A stretch of 64,000 nt of DNA from an uncultured Candidatus Saccharibacteria bacterium (GCA_964478705.1 CAYZIR010000005.1:508-64507), one strand, 5' to 3'; positions 17,075 through 26,366 are shown, counted from the stretch's first letter. The notes: generated by a model not told the origin, from the letters alone. Program-made: numbers and translations.

Positions 17075-17458
17075 TTATGAACCACTCTCGAGAAGCTCGA
17101 TGGTTCTTTTTAAAAGACTATTTGCCGTATCGATTTCAGCATGAGTCGTTTTTACAAAGCTTGTCGTTTGTTCCCCTTGAAGCATGGTGTCTAATCCAGC
17201 CTGTCTGCGCGCCCGGAACTCAGCCATAAAACTTTCTACATCATGCTGTAATGCTTGATCTTGAATATGTCCAACAGCGAGAGCATATAAAATATTGCTT
17301 TGCACACTCTGAAACCAATTTCCTCCAACCTTATGAGTTCTTTTGCCGGTCAGATCTTCTTCGGGTATCTCATCGGAATAATTTTCCAAGAGATTCCTTA
17401 ATTGTTCAACAATCTCCCTTCTCTCACCTGCTTCGGATTTGGGAATTTCAGGATTCAT
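17075..17458 (-). CDS. Hypothetical protein (127 aa)
   Basis: Start reset to ATG 17458 (GGAGGT 7 nt upstream) because the track ORF extension overlaps tRNA-Tyr. No recognisable family. Confidence 0.45.
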   Translation of the reverse strand: MNPEIPKSEAGERREIVEQLRNLLENYSDEIPEEDLTGKRTHKVGGNWFQSVQSNILYALAVGHIQDQALQHDVESFMAEFRARRQAGLDTMLQGEQTTSFVKTTHAEIDTANSLLKRTIELLESGS

Positions 17459-17479
17459 AAAGATACCTCCTACAAACTG

Positions 17480-17562
17480 TGCGCCGGGGAGGATTCGAAC
17501 CTCCGTAGGCAAAAGCCAGCAGATTTACAGTCTGCCCTCGTTGACCACTTGAGTACCGACGC
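17480..17562 (-). tRNA. tRNA-Tyr (anticodon GTA), long variable arm
   Basis: GCGTCGG acceptor, GGCAGACTGTAAATCTGCT anticodon arm, TTCGAATCC T-loop. Confidence 0.85.
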
Positions 17563-17568
17563 AAAATA

Positions 17569-17607
17569 ACAAACAACCTACAACAAACAACCTACAACAA
17601 ACAACCC
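17569..17607 (-). repeat. GGTTGT-type tandem repeat directly abutting the tRNA-Tyr 5' end
   Basis: tRNA sense strand: GGGTTGTTTGTTGTAGGTTGTTTGTTGTAGGTTGTTTGTTATTTTGC then tRNA. Same motif upstream of tRNA-Leu(TAG) at 25285..25323. Confidence 0.7.
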
Positions 17608-17619
17608 GAAAAAGCAAAA

Positions 17620-20343
17620 TTATACGTGCGTTTTTTCTTTACTCATTCGCGTATGACCAGCGGTTTTTGCACGAGACGCTTTCCCTTTTTTCGTCAGCGT
17701 AAAGGTAATGTCATCCTCGCCGTTTTCGAGCTTCTGCACATCAATTGAAACACTGCCTCCTTCAAGAATTCCACGTGAGACCATCAATTGCGCAACTTTG
17801 GTGAGAATTTTGTCCTGAATAAGACGCTTCAACGGTCGTGCACCATAGGTCGGATTATATCCGGCTTTCGCCAGATAATCGATTGCGCCGTCCGATACAA
17901 CAAGGTCGATTTCTTTTTCGGTAAGACGCTTGGTGACGTTCGCAAGCTGGATTTCAACGATTTTACGAATCGCGTCGTGAGGAAGAATGTTGAAGAAAAC
18001 AATTTCATCCAGACGATTGAGAAATTCTGGTCGGAATTGATCACGAAGCGCTTCCATGACTTTATCGCGAACATTGCCATATGACTGCTCGCTCGTATCA
18101 CTCGAGCCAAAGCCAATGCCATGCATACGGTCGATATATTGAGCACCAACGTTTGATGTCATGACGATGATTGCATTCTTGAAGTTCACCGTGCGACCTT
18201 TTGCATCGGTCAAACGACCATCATCAAGCACCTGCAACAGGACGTTGAACACATCAGGGTGCGCTTTTTCGATTTCATCAAAGAGGATGACTGAATATGG
18301 GCGGTGGCGAACAAGCTCAGCAATCGTGCCACCTTCTTCATGCCCGACATAACCCGGAGGCGCACCGATAACTTTCGATACCGAATGCTTCTCCATGAAT
18401 TCAGACATATCGACGCGAACGAGTGCTTTCTCGTCATCAAACATGAACTCCGCGAGTGCTTTTGCGAGCTCGGTTTTTCCAACACCGGTTGAGCCAAGGA
18501 ACATGAATGAACCGATCGGTCGGTTTGGATCTGAAATGCCAGCGCGCGAACGCTTGACCGCATTGGCAATTTTTTCAATCGCTTCATCCTGTCCAACAAC
18601 ACGCTTCTTCAACTCTTCTTCCATACGAGAAAGTTTTTCTGCCTCCCCTTCCAGCATGCGTGAGACAGGAATACCCGTCCAGCGTGCGACGATGTCAGCA
18701 ATATCTTCTTCACCGACTTCCTCTTTCAAAATTCGACGAGATTTTTGCAAACGTTTCAATCGTGTATTTTTTGTTTCAAGATCACGTTCAAGCGTCGGAA
18801 TCTTTCCATATCGGATTTCCGCTGCACGAGCGAGGTCGGCCGTCACTTCAGCGGCTTCAGCATCGAGTCGTGCACGCTCGAGCTGTTTCTTAATGTCTTT
18901 AATTTCACTGATTGTCTCTTTTTCGTTCTTCCACTTCAATTCGATTTCTGAGACAGCCTCTTTCAAATCAGCAATTTCTTTTTCAATCGTCTTCGTGCGA
19001 GTTTTTGCCTTTGTTGATTTGTCATCTTTTCCTCCCGCTTCATGCTTGAGTGCCTCTCGCTCAATCTCGAGCATCATAATTTTTCGATGCGTTTCTTCGA
19101 GAATTGGAGGCTTATTCTCAAGCGAGATGCGGAGCGCTGATGACGCTTCATCAATCAAGTCAACAGCTTTGTCTGGTAGAAAACGATCTGTGATGTATCG
19201 GGCTGAGAGGTTCACCGCGGAGATAATCGCATCGTCAGTTATCTTTACCCCATGGTAGAGCTCGTATTTTTCTTTGAGCCCACGGAGAATAGCAACCGCA
19301 TCATCAATGGTCGGTTCATTCACATACACGGGCTGGAACCGGCGTGTCAGTGCTGGATCTTTTTCAATATGACGTTGATATTCTTTAAGAGTTGTTGCAC
19401 CGATCGCGCGAAGCTCTCCACGAGCAAGCGCGGGCTTGAGCATATTCGAAGCATCCATCGCACCTTCTGCAGCTCCAGCGCCAACAATCGTGTGAATTTC
19501 GTCGATAAAGAGAATAATTGATCCGTTTGATTTCTCGACTTCTTTCACGATTGCTTTCAAGCGCTCTTCAAACTCACCGCGGTATTTTGTGCCCGCAATA
19601 AGCGAGCCGAGATCGAGCGATACAAGGTCTTTGTCTTTGAGCGACTCGGGTATGTCCCCACTGGCGATACGCTGTGCGAGTCCTTCGACCACAGCGGTTT
19701 TTCCAACGCCAGCCTCTCCGATAAGAATCGGATTGTTTTTGGTGCGACGAGAGAGAATTTGGATGATGCGCTGAATTTCCTTACTTCGTCCAATCACCGG
19801 ATCGAGTTTATTCTCTTTCGCCATCTGCGTGAGACTGCGTGTGTATCGTGCGATTGCTCGAGGTTTTTTACCAACGCCTCCATGATCAGTTGTGGTGCGC
19901 TCGCGAAGCTCGCGCAATACTTCAAGCACGTGCTCTTTCTCAATCTTGAATTGCGAAAGAATTTCTTTTGAGTCACCTGGAATATCGAGCGATGCAATGA
20001 ACAAGTGTTCTGTTGAAACAATCTTATCTGAAAGCATCGATGCGACATGCGTTGAATACTCGAGTGCTTTTGCTAGCTCAGGAGTAAGAAACATTTGGTA
20101 TGACGGAGACACCGTTGCGCCCTGATCAGGGTCTTCGAGTGCGTCGACAAAAGCATCGGTGAGAGCAATGGTATCGACTTCAAGTTTGTCGAGAATTGAA
20201 GCAACCATGCTCTCTTCCTGCAAAATGAGCGCTGTGAGCAAATGGATGATATTGACGTGACTCTGCCCACGCTCAAGAGCAAGCTCGTGCGCCTTTTTAA
20301 TCGCTTCCTTCGCTTTGGTTGTGAAATTCTTGAATGGAGACAT
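17620..20343 (-). CDS. clpB: Chaperone ClpB (two AAA+ modules and middle coiled coil)
   Basis: Clp N domain, two Walker A/B modules (GEAGVGKT; GSTGVGKT), long M-domain coiled coil. Confidence 0.95.
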   Translation of the reverse strand: MSPFKNFTTKAKEAIKKAHELALERGQSHVNIIHLLTALILQEESMVASILDKLEVDTIALTDAFVDALEDPDQGATVSPSYQMFLTPELAKALEYSTHVASMLSDKIVSTEHLFIASLDIPGDSKEILSQFKIEKEHVLEVLRELRERTTTDHGGVGKKPRAIARYTRSLTQMAKENKLDPVIGRSKEIQRIIQILSRRTKNNPILIGEAGVGKTAVVEGLAQRIASGDIPESLKDKDLVSLDLGSLIAGTKYRGEFEERLKAIVKEVEKSNGSIILFIDEIHTIVGAGAAEGAMDASNMLKPALARGELRAIGATTLKEYQRHIEKDPALTRRFQPVYVNEPTIDDAVAILRGLKEKYELYHGVKITDDAIISAVNLSARYITDRFLPDKAVDLIDEASSALRISLENKPPILEETHRKIMMLEIEREALKHEAGGKDDKSTKAKTRTKTIEKEIADLKEAVSEIELKWKNEKETISEIKDIKKQLERARLDAEAAEVTADLARAAEIRYGKIPTLERDLETKNTRLKRLQKSRRILKEEVGEEDIADIVARWTGIPVSRMLEGEAEKLSRMEEELKKRVVGQDEAIEKIANAVKRSRAGISDPNRPIGSFMFLGSTGVGKTELAKALAEFMFDDEKALVRVDMSEFMEKHSVSKVIGAPPGYVGHEEGGTIAELVRHRPYSVILFDEIEKAHPDVFNVLLQVLDDGRLTDAKGRTVNFKNAIIVMTSNVGAQYIDRMHGIGFGSSDTSEQSYGNVRDKVMEALRDQFRPEFLNRLDEIVFFNILPHDAIRKIVEIQLANVTKRLTEKEIDLVVSDGAIDYLAKAGYNPTYGARPLKRLIQDKILTKVAQLMVSRGILEGGSVSIDVQKLENGEDDITFTLTKKGKASRAKTAGHTRMSKEKTHV

Positions 20344-20399
20344 AGTAGTGTGCTATCGCCGATAACAAAATATCACATATATTATGCGTTCGTCAAGCT

Positions 20400-21167
20400 C
20401 TACTCCCCTGCGCTTTCGCGGAGCGTCAGGAATACATCACTCCCGACATCTTCAGGCATCCCAACGATAGCCCCGGCAAGGTCAATCAATGGCGTTCCAA
20501 GGGGGATAGCAACACCGTTGATACTTGCACGAAGTCGTGAAGACACTGTGTTGATGCCAGACGGTATGAGCTCTGCGATGACGCCAGGCGCTATTTTTGT
20601 TGAAGCATCACCATAGAGCGCGATGACGCTTTGACCAAGAACGAGATTGTCGAACGGAGAAAATGCCGCGGGAGAGAGTGCTGGGAGAGGTTCGTTTGTT
20701 TTGCTTTCAAGACGGAAGAAACCTTGCTCTGTATCTGTTTCCGATGGATTCGCTTCGAGTTCTGTGCCATCAGAGAGTATTGCAACGTATCGTTCTCGGG
20801 AATCAACAATACGACGATCAGCAACAACAACGCCTTCTGCAGAAACAATCACGCCCATTCCCCGAAACTCAAGATTATTCTTGCCTTCAATCGTATAGAT
20901 TCGAACGATAGATTTTTTTGCGATATCAACAGCCTTTGCGACTTGTTCGCCCTCGGAGACAATCACTGTGCGTTCCTCAACAACTGTTTGTCCGCCAGTA
21001 ATGTTTTCGATTGGTTGTTCGATGATTCTGCTAATGACACGCGTCACATCGGTCGGTGCTTTTTCCATCAACGATACCGTTGCGATACCGGTCGCAATCG
21101 AAGTGACGAATGACACAAGGAGTGTCAGGAGAATGATCTGTGTTTTGTTCAAGCGTTCCAGATCCAT
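20400..21167 (-). CDS. Membrane-anchored trypsin-like (HtrA/S1C-like) domain protein, probably catalytically inactive
   Basis: Aligns to the HtrA core but the His position reads ADRRIV and the GNSGG Ser motif is replaced by AIPLGTPLIDLAG. Confidence 0.4.
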   Translation of the reverse strand: MDLERLNKTQIILLTLLVSFVTSIATGIATVSLMEKAPTDVTRVISRIIEQPIENITGGQTVVEERTVIVSEGEQVAKAVDIAKKSIVRIYTIEGKNNLEFRGMGVIVSAEGVVVADRRIVDSRERYVAILSDGTELEANPSETDTEQGFFRLESKTNEPLPALSPAAFSPFDNLVLGQSVIALYGDASTKIAPGVIAELIPSGINTVSSRLRASINGVAIPLGTPLIDLAGAIVGMPEDVGSDVFLTLRESAGE

Positions 21168-21182
21168 AGTGGGGTCATTATA

Positions 21183-21381
21183 TCATGTAGCGCGAAACAT
21201 GTAACATGTAGCGTGCAACACAGAATACGGAGTACAGAGTACGGAACATAGAGTACGGAGTACAGAGTACGGAACATAGAGTACGGAGTACAGAGTACGG
21301 AACATAGAGTACGGAACACGGAGTACGGAGTATGGAAACTCCAAACTCATGTACGCGTTACATGTTACATGTTTCGCGCTA
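21183..21381. repeat. 25-bp perfect inverted repeat enclosing a 28-bp tandem repeat array
   Basis: CATGTAGCGCGAAACATGTAACATGTA (21183..21209) and its reverse complement TACATGTTACATGTTTCGCGCTACA (21357..21381). Between them AGAGTACGGAGTACAGAGTACGGAACAT occurs three times plus partials. Confidence 0.8.
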
Positions 21382-21401
21382 CACGCTCTGTGCTCTGTCT
21401 T

Positions 21402-22565
21402 CTACGATTTCACAATATCTGAAAGTGCACTTGCGAGTATATCGATCTCTTCGGTTGTCGTCTCACGACCAAATGAAATACGGAGAGCATTTCGTGCCCG
21501 CTCGGGAGCAATCGCCTGCACGACATATGATCCTTCACCATCAGCTGAAAGACATGCACTTTTTGCAGACACAGCAATTCCTACTGCGTCGAGACGGGCT
21601 GAAATATACTCACCGTCATGACCTGGGAATGCAATGTTGATGATGTTCGGTGCTGATGCTTCAAGAGAACCGTTGATAACAACCTCCGGAAAGCGCTCTT
21701 GCAGTCGTGCAACGCAATACTCTTTCAAATCTTTCCAACGCTGAGAATCGTCAGCACGACACTCTGCAACACGGTCAATCGCGCATCGTAAACCAATTGC
21801 ACGAGAAACGTCTGGCGTTCCTTCATGCGAACGAATCCCTTGTGTCCCGCACGGCGATATATACGAAATTCCGCTTCGCACAAACAAGAGCCCCGTCCGT
21901 TTTGGTCCGTATATCTTCTGTGCGTCAATGACAAGCAAGTCTGCACCTATGTCATGTGGCAGGACATGCTCCGTGGCGACCGCCTGACTCGCATCAACAA
22001 GCAAGTTCGGTCGAAATGTTGCTGACGCGTACCGTTCTGTAATGATGTGCGCAATATCACGCAACGGCTGTCGTGTACCTAGCTCATTGTTCACAAGCAT
22101 CACGCTCACGAGTATCGTCGTATCACGAAGTGACTCGCGCAATCGATTACAATCAATGATTCCCTCTGCTGTCACAGGCACAACAGAGAGCGCTACACCT
22201 CGACGGGTGAGTGCCTCAACACATGATCGAACGGCCGAGTGTTCTATCGCACTGATCACGATGTGCATATCGGTATAGCTCGCGCCTCGATCGAGCCGTG
22301 CAGTGACACTTCCAAGAATCGCGCGCGACAATGCATCCGTTGCACCGTTCGTCATGTGACACTCATGTGCTTTGACACCAAGGTGTCCTGCGATTGCAAA
22401 GCGTGCATCTTCAAGCGCCTGTTTTGCTTCTCGCCCACCAGCATGCGCTGAATGTGCATTTTCAAAGTGCACGTCGTCCCACGCGCGCATTGATTCCTTT
22501 ACCAACGGATCAAGTGGTGTCGCTGCTGCATAGTCAAGATAGATTCGTGATGACATGTGCTTCAT
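21402..22565 (-). CDS. Cysteine desulfurase (class V aminotransferase, IscS/NifS-like)
   Basis: PLP-dependent fold, SRIYLDYAAATPLDPLV N-terminus, active-site region SAKSACLS. Confidence 0.8.
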   Translation of the reverse strand: MKHMSSRIYLDYAAATPLDPLVKESMRAWDDVHFENAHSAHAGGREAKQALEDARFAIAGHLGVKAHECHMTNGATDALSRAILGSVTARLDRGASYTDMHIVISAIEHSAVRSCVEALTRRGVALSVVPVTAEGIIDCNRLRESLRDTTILVSVMLVNNELGTRQPLRDIAHIITERYASATFRPNLLVDASQAVATEHVLPHDIGADLLVIDAQKIYGPKRTGLLFVRSGISYISPCGTQGIRSHEGTPDVSRAIGLRCAIDRVAECRADDSQRWKDLKEYCVARLQERFPEVVINGSLEASAPNIINIAFPGHDGEYISARLDAVGIAVSAKSACLSADGEGSYVVQAIAPERARNALRISFGRETTTEEIDILASALSDIVKS

Positions 22566-22648
22566 TCTAGTGAGAAAGCGAATGCGGTCAATGAAACATT
22601 CCGAATAAAGAAAAAACGTGGTATAGTAGTACTCGTTCTCATAAAACT

Positions 22649-24154
22649 ATGCCAGACAAAGGAACTATACAACGGCCTCCCGTTGTTGTCGTTCTTGGAC
22701 ACGTTGACCACGGTAAATCGAGTCTCCTCGACTTCATCAGGAAAACGAATATCGTTGCGCGAGAAGCTGGTGGTATCACCCAACACACTGCTGCATACGA
22801 AGTTGTCCATACGACAACCACGGGCGTAGAGAAACGAATTACCTTCATTGACACTCCTGGTCATGAGGCTTTTTCAGCACAACGAGAGCGTGGCGCGGGT
22901 ATCGCTGATATCGCAATTCTCGTGGTCTCTGCAGAAGACGGCGTCAAAGCACAGACAAAAGAAGCCTACAAAGCAATTGTTGCTTCTGCTATCCCCTTCA
23001 TTGTCGCAATCAACAAAATTGATGCACCAAACGCAAATATCGAACGAACAATCGCTTCCCTTGTAGAAAACGAGATTTATCTCGAAGGACAAGGTGGTAA
23101 CGCACCGTATGTATCAATCAGCGCAAAACGCGGAGATGGTATTCCAGAACTCCTTGAGTTGATTACCTTGCTCGCCGACATAGCAGAACTCACCGGCACA
23201 CCGAGCGCGTTGGCACACGCAATTGTTGTTGAGGCACACCGTGATCCAAAGAAAGGAATTTCTGCGACGTTCATCATCAAAGACGGAACACTGTCAAAAG
23301 GCATGTTCATCGCAAGCGAGGGAGCGTTCGCGCCTGTGCGCGCCATGATTGATTCATATGGTGCAGTGGTGGATACCGCAACGTTCTCATCCCCGATTAC
23401 CGTCGTCGGTTGGAGCGCCCTTCCACAAGTTGGTGCGTCGGTATCTTGTTTCTTAACGAAGAAGGAAGCTGAGGCACATGCTCTCATACACACAGCGGTT
23501 GTTTCTACAAAAACTACTGTAGATACAGAAGAATCTACCGACGATGAAACAGCGCTTATCCCACTTATCATCAAGGCAGACGTGCTTGGCTCGATTGACG
23601 CACTCAAACACCAAATTAATAAACTCGCTCTCGATCGTGTGAAATGGAAAATCCTCCACACCGATGTTGGTAATATTTCAGAAAACGACATCAAGCGTGC
23701 CGGCGGTGACACACGAACGGTGATTATCGGATTCAATGTACGCGTTGAGAATGGCGTAGCAGAAATAGCAGAACGAGCGGGCATCACGATTGATACCGAC
23801 ACTATCATTTACAAACTGACTGAACGACTCGAAGCCCTTATGACATCTCGTCGACCAAAACGAATGGTCGAAGAGCAACATGGTATTGCAAAAATATTGA
23901 AAACATTTAGTCAGACAAAGAGTAAACAAATCATCGGTGCGCGTGTTGAAGAAGGCGCTCTCAAGAAAGGTGATGTAGTGACTGTACTCCGCCGTGGTGA
24001 AATTATTGGCAAAGGGAAAATTCTTGAACTCCAGCAAGGCAAGCGTGATGTGCATGAAGTCAGTGAAGGCTCCGAGTTCGGCACAAAGATTGACGCGACA
24101 GTCGAAATTGCTCACGGTGACTCTATTGTTGGCTTTACATCGGTTGAGCGCTAG
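22649..24154 (+). CDS. infB: Translation initiation factor IF-2 (minimal form starting at the G domain)
   Basis: VVVVLGHVDHGKSSLLD G1 motif at residue ~11; G domain, domains II-IV; 501 aa. Confidence 0.9.
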   Translation: MPDKGTIQRPPVVVVLGHVDHGKSSLLDFIRKTNIVAREAGGITQHTAAYEVVHTTTTGVEKRITFIDTPGHEAFSAQRERGAGIADIAILVVSAEDGVKAQTKEAYKAIVASAIPFIVAINKIDAPNANIERTIASLVENEIYLEGQGGNAPYVSISAKRGDGIPELLELITLLADIAELTGTPSALAHAIVVEAHRDPKKGISATFIIKDGTLSKGMFIASEGAFAPVRAMIDSYGAVVDTATFSSPITVVGWSALPQVGASVSCFLTKKEAEAHALIHTAVVSTKTTVDTEESTDDETALIPLIIKADVLGSIDALKHQINKLALDRVKWKILHTDVGNISENDIKRAGGDTRTVIIGFNVRVENGVAEIAERAGITIDTDTIIYKLTERLEALMTSRRPKRMVEEQHGIAKILKTFSQTKSKQIIGARVEEGALKKGDVVTVLRRGEIIGKGKILELQQGKRDVHEVSEGSEFGTKIDATVEIAHGDSIVGFTSVER

Positions 24155-24214
24155 ATAGATGATACTTCATGTATCAGTGCCTCGATTCACTCGTTAGGAA
24201 CACACAACACCCCC

Positions 24215-24547
24215 ATGCGACATCATGCACAAAAAGAAGAAGCTCTTGCACACCTCGCTGCTGAATTTATTAACAGCACGTCTAATCGTAGATCGCTCAT
24301 TACGGTTACACGTGCATATCTCACCCCCGACGAGCGCCGTGCAGATATTTTCTTTACGGTATTCCCTGACGAACGCGAAGCAGAGGTTATGGAGTTCATG
24401 ACACGGAAACGTGCGGAGTTTCGTGGTTTTGTAAAAACACACACGAAATTTCGAATCTTACCAACAATGGATTTTTTGATTGATCGCGGAGAAAAAAATC
24501 GTCAGGCGCTCGAAGAGTTGTCAAAAGAGGATTCCCCCTTAGAATAA
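24215..24547 (+). CDS. rbfA: Ribosome-binding factor A
   Basis: RbfA KH-like pattern (..LITVTRAYLTPDERRADIFFTV..) and conserved infB-rbfA synteny. Confidence 0.7.
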   Translation: MRHHAQKEEALAHLAAEFINSTSNRRSLITVTRAYLTPDERRADIFFTVFPDEREAEVMEFMTRKRAEFRGFVKTHTKFRILPTMDFLIDRGEKNRQALEELSKEDSPLE

Positions 24548-24558
24548 GAGCAAGAGAT

Positions 24559-24630
24559 GGCCTGGTAGACAAGTGGTAAGTCGAGGGACTGCAAATCCCT
24601 TATGCGGGAGTTCGATTCTCCCCCAGGCCT
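24559..24630 (+). tRNA. tRNA-Cys (anticodon GCA)
   Basis: GGCCTGG/CCAGGCC acceptor, loop CTGCAAA, TTCGATT. Confidence 0.88.
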
Positions 24631-24667
24631 CATGGAGATAGTCATGGGTCATTAGTTTTGTTGATAT

Positions 24668-24755
24668 GCCCGGGTGATGGAATTGGTAGACATACAGGAC
24701 TTAAAATCCTGGGGCCGTGAATTCGGTCGTGTGGGTTCGATTCCCACCCTGGGCA
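24668..24755 (+). tRNA. tRNA-Leu (anticodon TAA), long variable arm
   Basis: GCCCGGG acceptor, loop CTTAAAA, variable arm GGGCCGTGAATTCGGTCGTG, TTCGATT. Confidence 0.88.
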
Positions 24756-24757
24756 CT

Positions 24758-24916
24758 CGGAGGAAATTTAAACATTTTGATCGACGGTGGGAATCGAAGG
24801 CCGGAGGCGCGCCATTGGTCTGAGCGCCGACCTGCCTGCCGGCAGGCAGGGGCGGGGTCGAGAGTACTTAGAATTTTAGGCGCATAGCGACTAAAATACT
24901 TGAGTTGCTCGTGACC
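24758..24916 (+). repeat. 159-bp tRNA-3'-flanking element bounded by 19-bp direct repeats of the tRNA-Leu(TAA) 3' end
   Basis: GATTCCCACCCTGGGCACT at 24739..24757 and 24917..24935. Interior ..GGAATCGAAGGCCGGAGGCGCG..GGGGCGGGGTCGAGAGTACTTAGAATTTTAGGCGCATAGCGACTAAAATACTTGAG..CGTGACC is homologous to the tRNA-Phe element. Confidence 0.75.
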
Positions 24917-24960
24917 GATTCCCACCCTGGGCACTTACAGAATATTTTCAAAATAGGGCA

Positions 24961-25011
24961 CTTTGTTGTAGAGTTGTTTGTACCACCCATATAGACAACC
25001 TATATGGGTGG
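24961..25011 (+). repeat. GGTTGT-repeat plus tRNA-Lys 5'-end fragment embedded in an 11-bp palindrome
   Basis: TTGTTGTAGAGTTGTTTGT then ACCACCCATA (= tRNA-Lys nt -1 to 9), forming the palindrome CCACCCATATAG-ACAACC-TATATGGGTGG. Confidence 0.5.
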
Positions 25012-25153
25012 GGCGTGCGGACCACATGGCGTAGATAGCTCGGGCTCCCATTTTCTCGTGCTCAAGCAAAAATAAGAACAAGCTCTTATTTTTGCTCTCC
25101 ACTCGAAAACACGCCCTCGCTTGAGAGACACACCGCGTGTCATCCTTACTAAA

Positions 25154-25226
25154 CCACCCATAGCTCAGCTGGTAGAGCAGCTCCCTCTTAAGGAGACGGT
25201 CGTAGGTTCGATCCCTACTGGGTGGA
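25154..25226 (+). tRNA. tRNA-Lys (anticodon CTT)
   Basis: CCACCCA/TGGGTGG acceptor, loop CTCTTAA, TTCGATC. Confidence 0.8.
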
Positions 25227-25284
25227 CAGCGTTTAGAAAAAGCTTGGCAACTTGTAATGATATGCGATTCGCCTTTTGTCTGTC

Positions 25285-25323
25285 TTTGTTGTAGGTTGTC
25301 TGTTGTAGGTTGTTGGTTATTTC
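25285..25323 (+). repeat. GGTTGT-type tandem repeat abutting the tRNA-Leu(TAG) 5' end
   Basis: TTTGTTGTAGGTTGTCTGTTGTAGGTTGTTGGTTATTTC followed immediately by the tRNA. Confidence 0.7.
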
Positions 25324-25405
25324 GGGCGAGTGGCGAAATTGGTAGACGCGCTAGCCTTAGGAGCTAGTGTCGCAAGACATGGAGGTTCGAGTCCTCTCTC
25401 GCCCA
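25324..25405 (+). tRNA. tRNA-Leu (anticodon TAG), long variable arm
   Basis: GGGCGAG/CTCGCCC acceptor, loop CTTAGGA, TTCGAGT. Confidence 0.88.
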
Positions 25406-25570
25406 CAAAACAGAGAGCCGAGTGCGTCAGCATTCGGCAATTTTGTTTTGCGCGATTGAGAGAGGGCTCGAAGGGCGGAACCCCGCAGAGCGAGGTGAGC
25501 CGGGTCGAGAAATTTTTACGAGCGACGGCGAGTAAAAAAATGTTCTTGGCCGAATTCTCTCGGCCAAAGC
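25406..25570 (+). repeat. tRNA-Leu(TAG) 3'-flanking element with degenerate direct repeat
   Basis: Hairpin CAAAACAGAGAGCCGAGTGCGTCAGCATTCGGCAATTTTGTTTTG, module GGGCTCGAAGGGCGGAACCCCGCAGAGCGAGGTGAGCCGGGTCGAGAAA, motif ACGAGCGACGGCGAG. Degenerate repeat TCTCTCGGCCAAAGC (25556..25570) versus tRNA 3' TCTCTCGCCCACAAAAC. Followed by a perfect hairpin 25569..25597. Confidence 0.65.
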
Positions 25571-25658
25571 TTAGCTTCGGGTAAACCGAAGCTAAGCTTT
25601 GCTATTTATTGATGGCTATTTTAGGCCTCAACCAAGGGTTCAAAACCGTATCTATTAC

Positions 25659-25686
25659 TTGACTTTTCATATAAAAATGATACAAT
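25659..25686 (+). promoter_or_regulatory. Consensus sigma-70 promoter (TTGACT-N16-TACAAT) for the 25755..27271 operon
   Basis: aTTACTTGACTtttcatataaaaatgaTACAATag; shares extended TACTTGAC -35 with promoters at 43196 and 53654. Confidence 0.65.
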
Positions 25687-25754
25687 AGTCCCAGAAGCAC
25701 CTTTACAACCTGTACGAAAATTAACTCTTCCCTCTTGTGGGAAAGGAGCGGTTC

Positions 25755-26366
25755 ATGACTAAATTTACCAAGTGGTTGACTGGCGCATTCGCGGAACACG
25801 CGGTTGTCGCCGGAGGAATCGCCGCAGGAGGCAAACTTCTTCAAAGCTTAGCGGACGTAGGTGTGGAGAAGGCCGGGGAGGCAATCATGCGAAAGTTCAC
25901 AACAGAAGACAGGATGGAAGCAAACCAGCTTCTGACAAAGGCTCTCTACGATACGAGGCTGATACCACAAGAGCGCGAAGGCGCCAAGGTGGTCAACTTC
26001 TACTATGCCAACCTCGACCCTGATGGACGCGATCGATTCGAGCGTCTCGTGGGATATTCGTGGGCCGTCATGAAAGACGGCATTGGCGCGCTCGACCTCA
26101 AACAGGTCGAGAAGACCGAAGAGAGACCCCAGCAGAAGAAGGGTGAAGAACCGAAGCCGCTGAAGACGAAGACGGTCTTGATCCCCAACAACCCCCCTGA
26201 TCTTGCGTTCATGAAACACTGGACGCAAGTTGGGATGATGGGAGAAAAATTCATCATCCTTGAGCTCGACAAGCTCGACAAGTCATCGCCGTGGACCCGA
26301 GTAGTTTCCAGCGGAGAGGCAGTCATTGACTTCATCGATGGATTCACGAATGGAGAAAAGCGATGA
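25755..26366 (+). CDS. Hypothetical soluble protein (203 aa), first gene of an orphan two-gene operon
   Basis: AGGAG 8 nt before ATG 25755; GC-rich relative to neighbours; no recognisable domain. Stop TGA overlaps next start (ATGA). Confidence 0.55.
   Translation: MTKFTKWLTGAFAEHAVVAGGIAAGGKLLQSLADVGVEKAGEAIMRKFTTEDRMEANQLLTKALYDTRLIPQEREGAKVVNFYYANLDPDGRDRFERLVGYSWAVMKDGIGALDLKQVEKTEERPQQKKGEEPKPLKTKTVLIPNNPPDLAFMKHWTQVGMMGEKFIILELDKLDKSSPWTRVVSSGEAVIDFIDGFTNGEKR

Noticed and set aside
17075-17512. Track ORF start at 17512 for the hypothetical protein
   Set aside because: That extension overlaps tRNA-Tyr (17480..17562) on the same strand. The internal ATG at 17458 has a GGAGGT SD at optimal spacing.
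18395-19258. 287-aa plus-strand ORF
   Set aside because: Entirely antisense to clpB; Ser/Arg-rich low complexity; no start context.
21183-21381. CRISPR array
   Set aside because: The 28-bp units are directly tandem with no unique spacers, the flanks are a perfect inverted repeat, and there are no cas genes. It is a tandem-repeat/palindrome locus, not CRISPR.
23077-23808. 243-aa minus-strand ORF
   Set aside because: Antisense to infB.
24559-25405. Integrated prophage or ICE at the tRNA cluster
   Set aside because: No integrase, excisionase, phage structural or conjugation genes in the window. The tRNA-end duplications flank only ~160-bp non-coding elements, so this is reported as miniature elements or att relics rather than an island.
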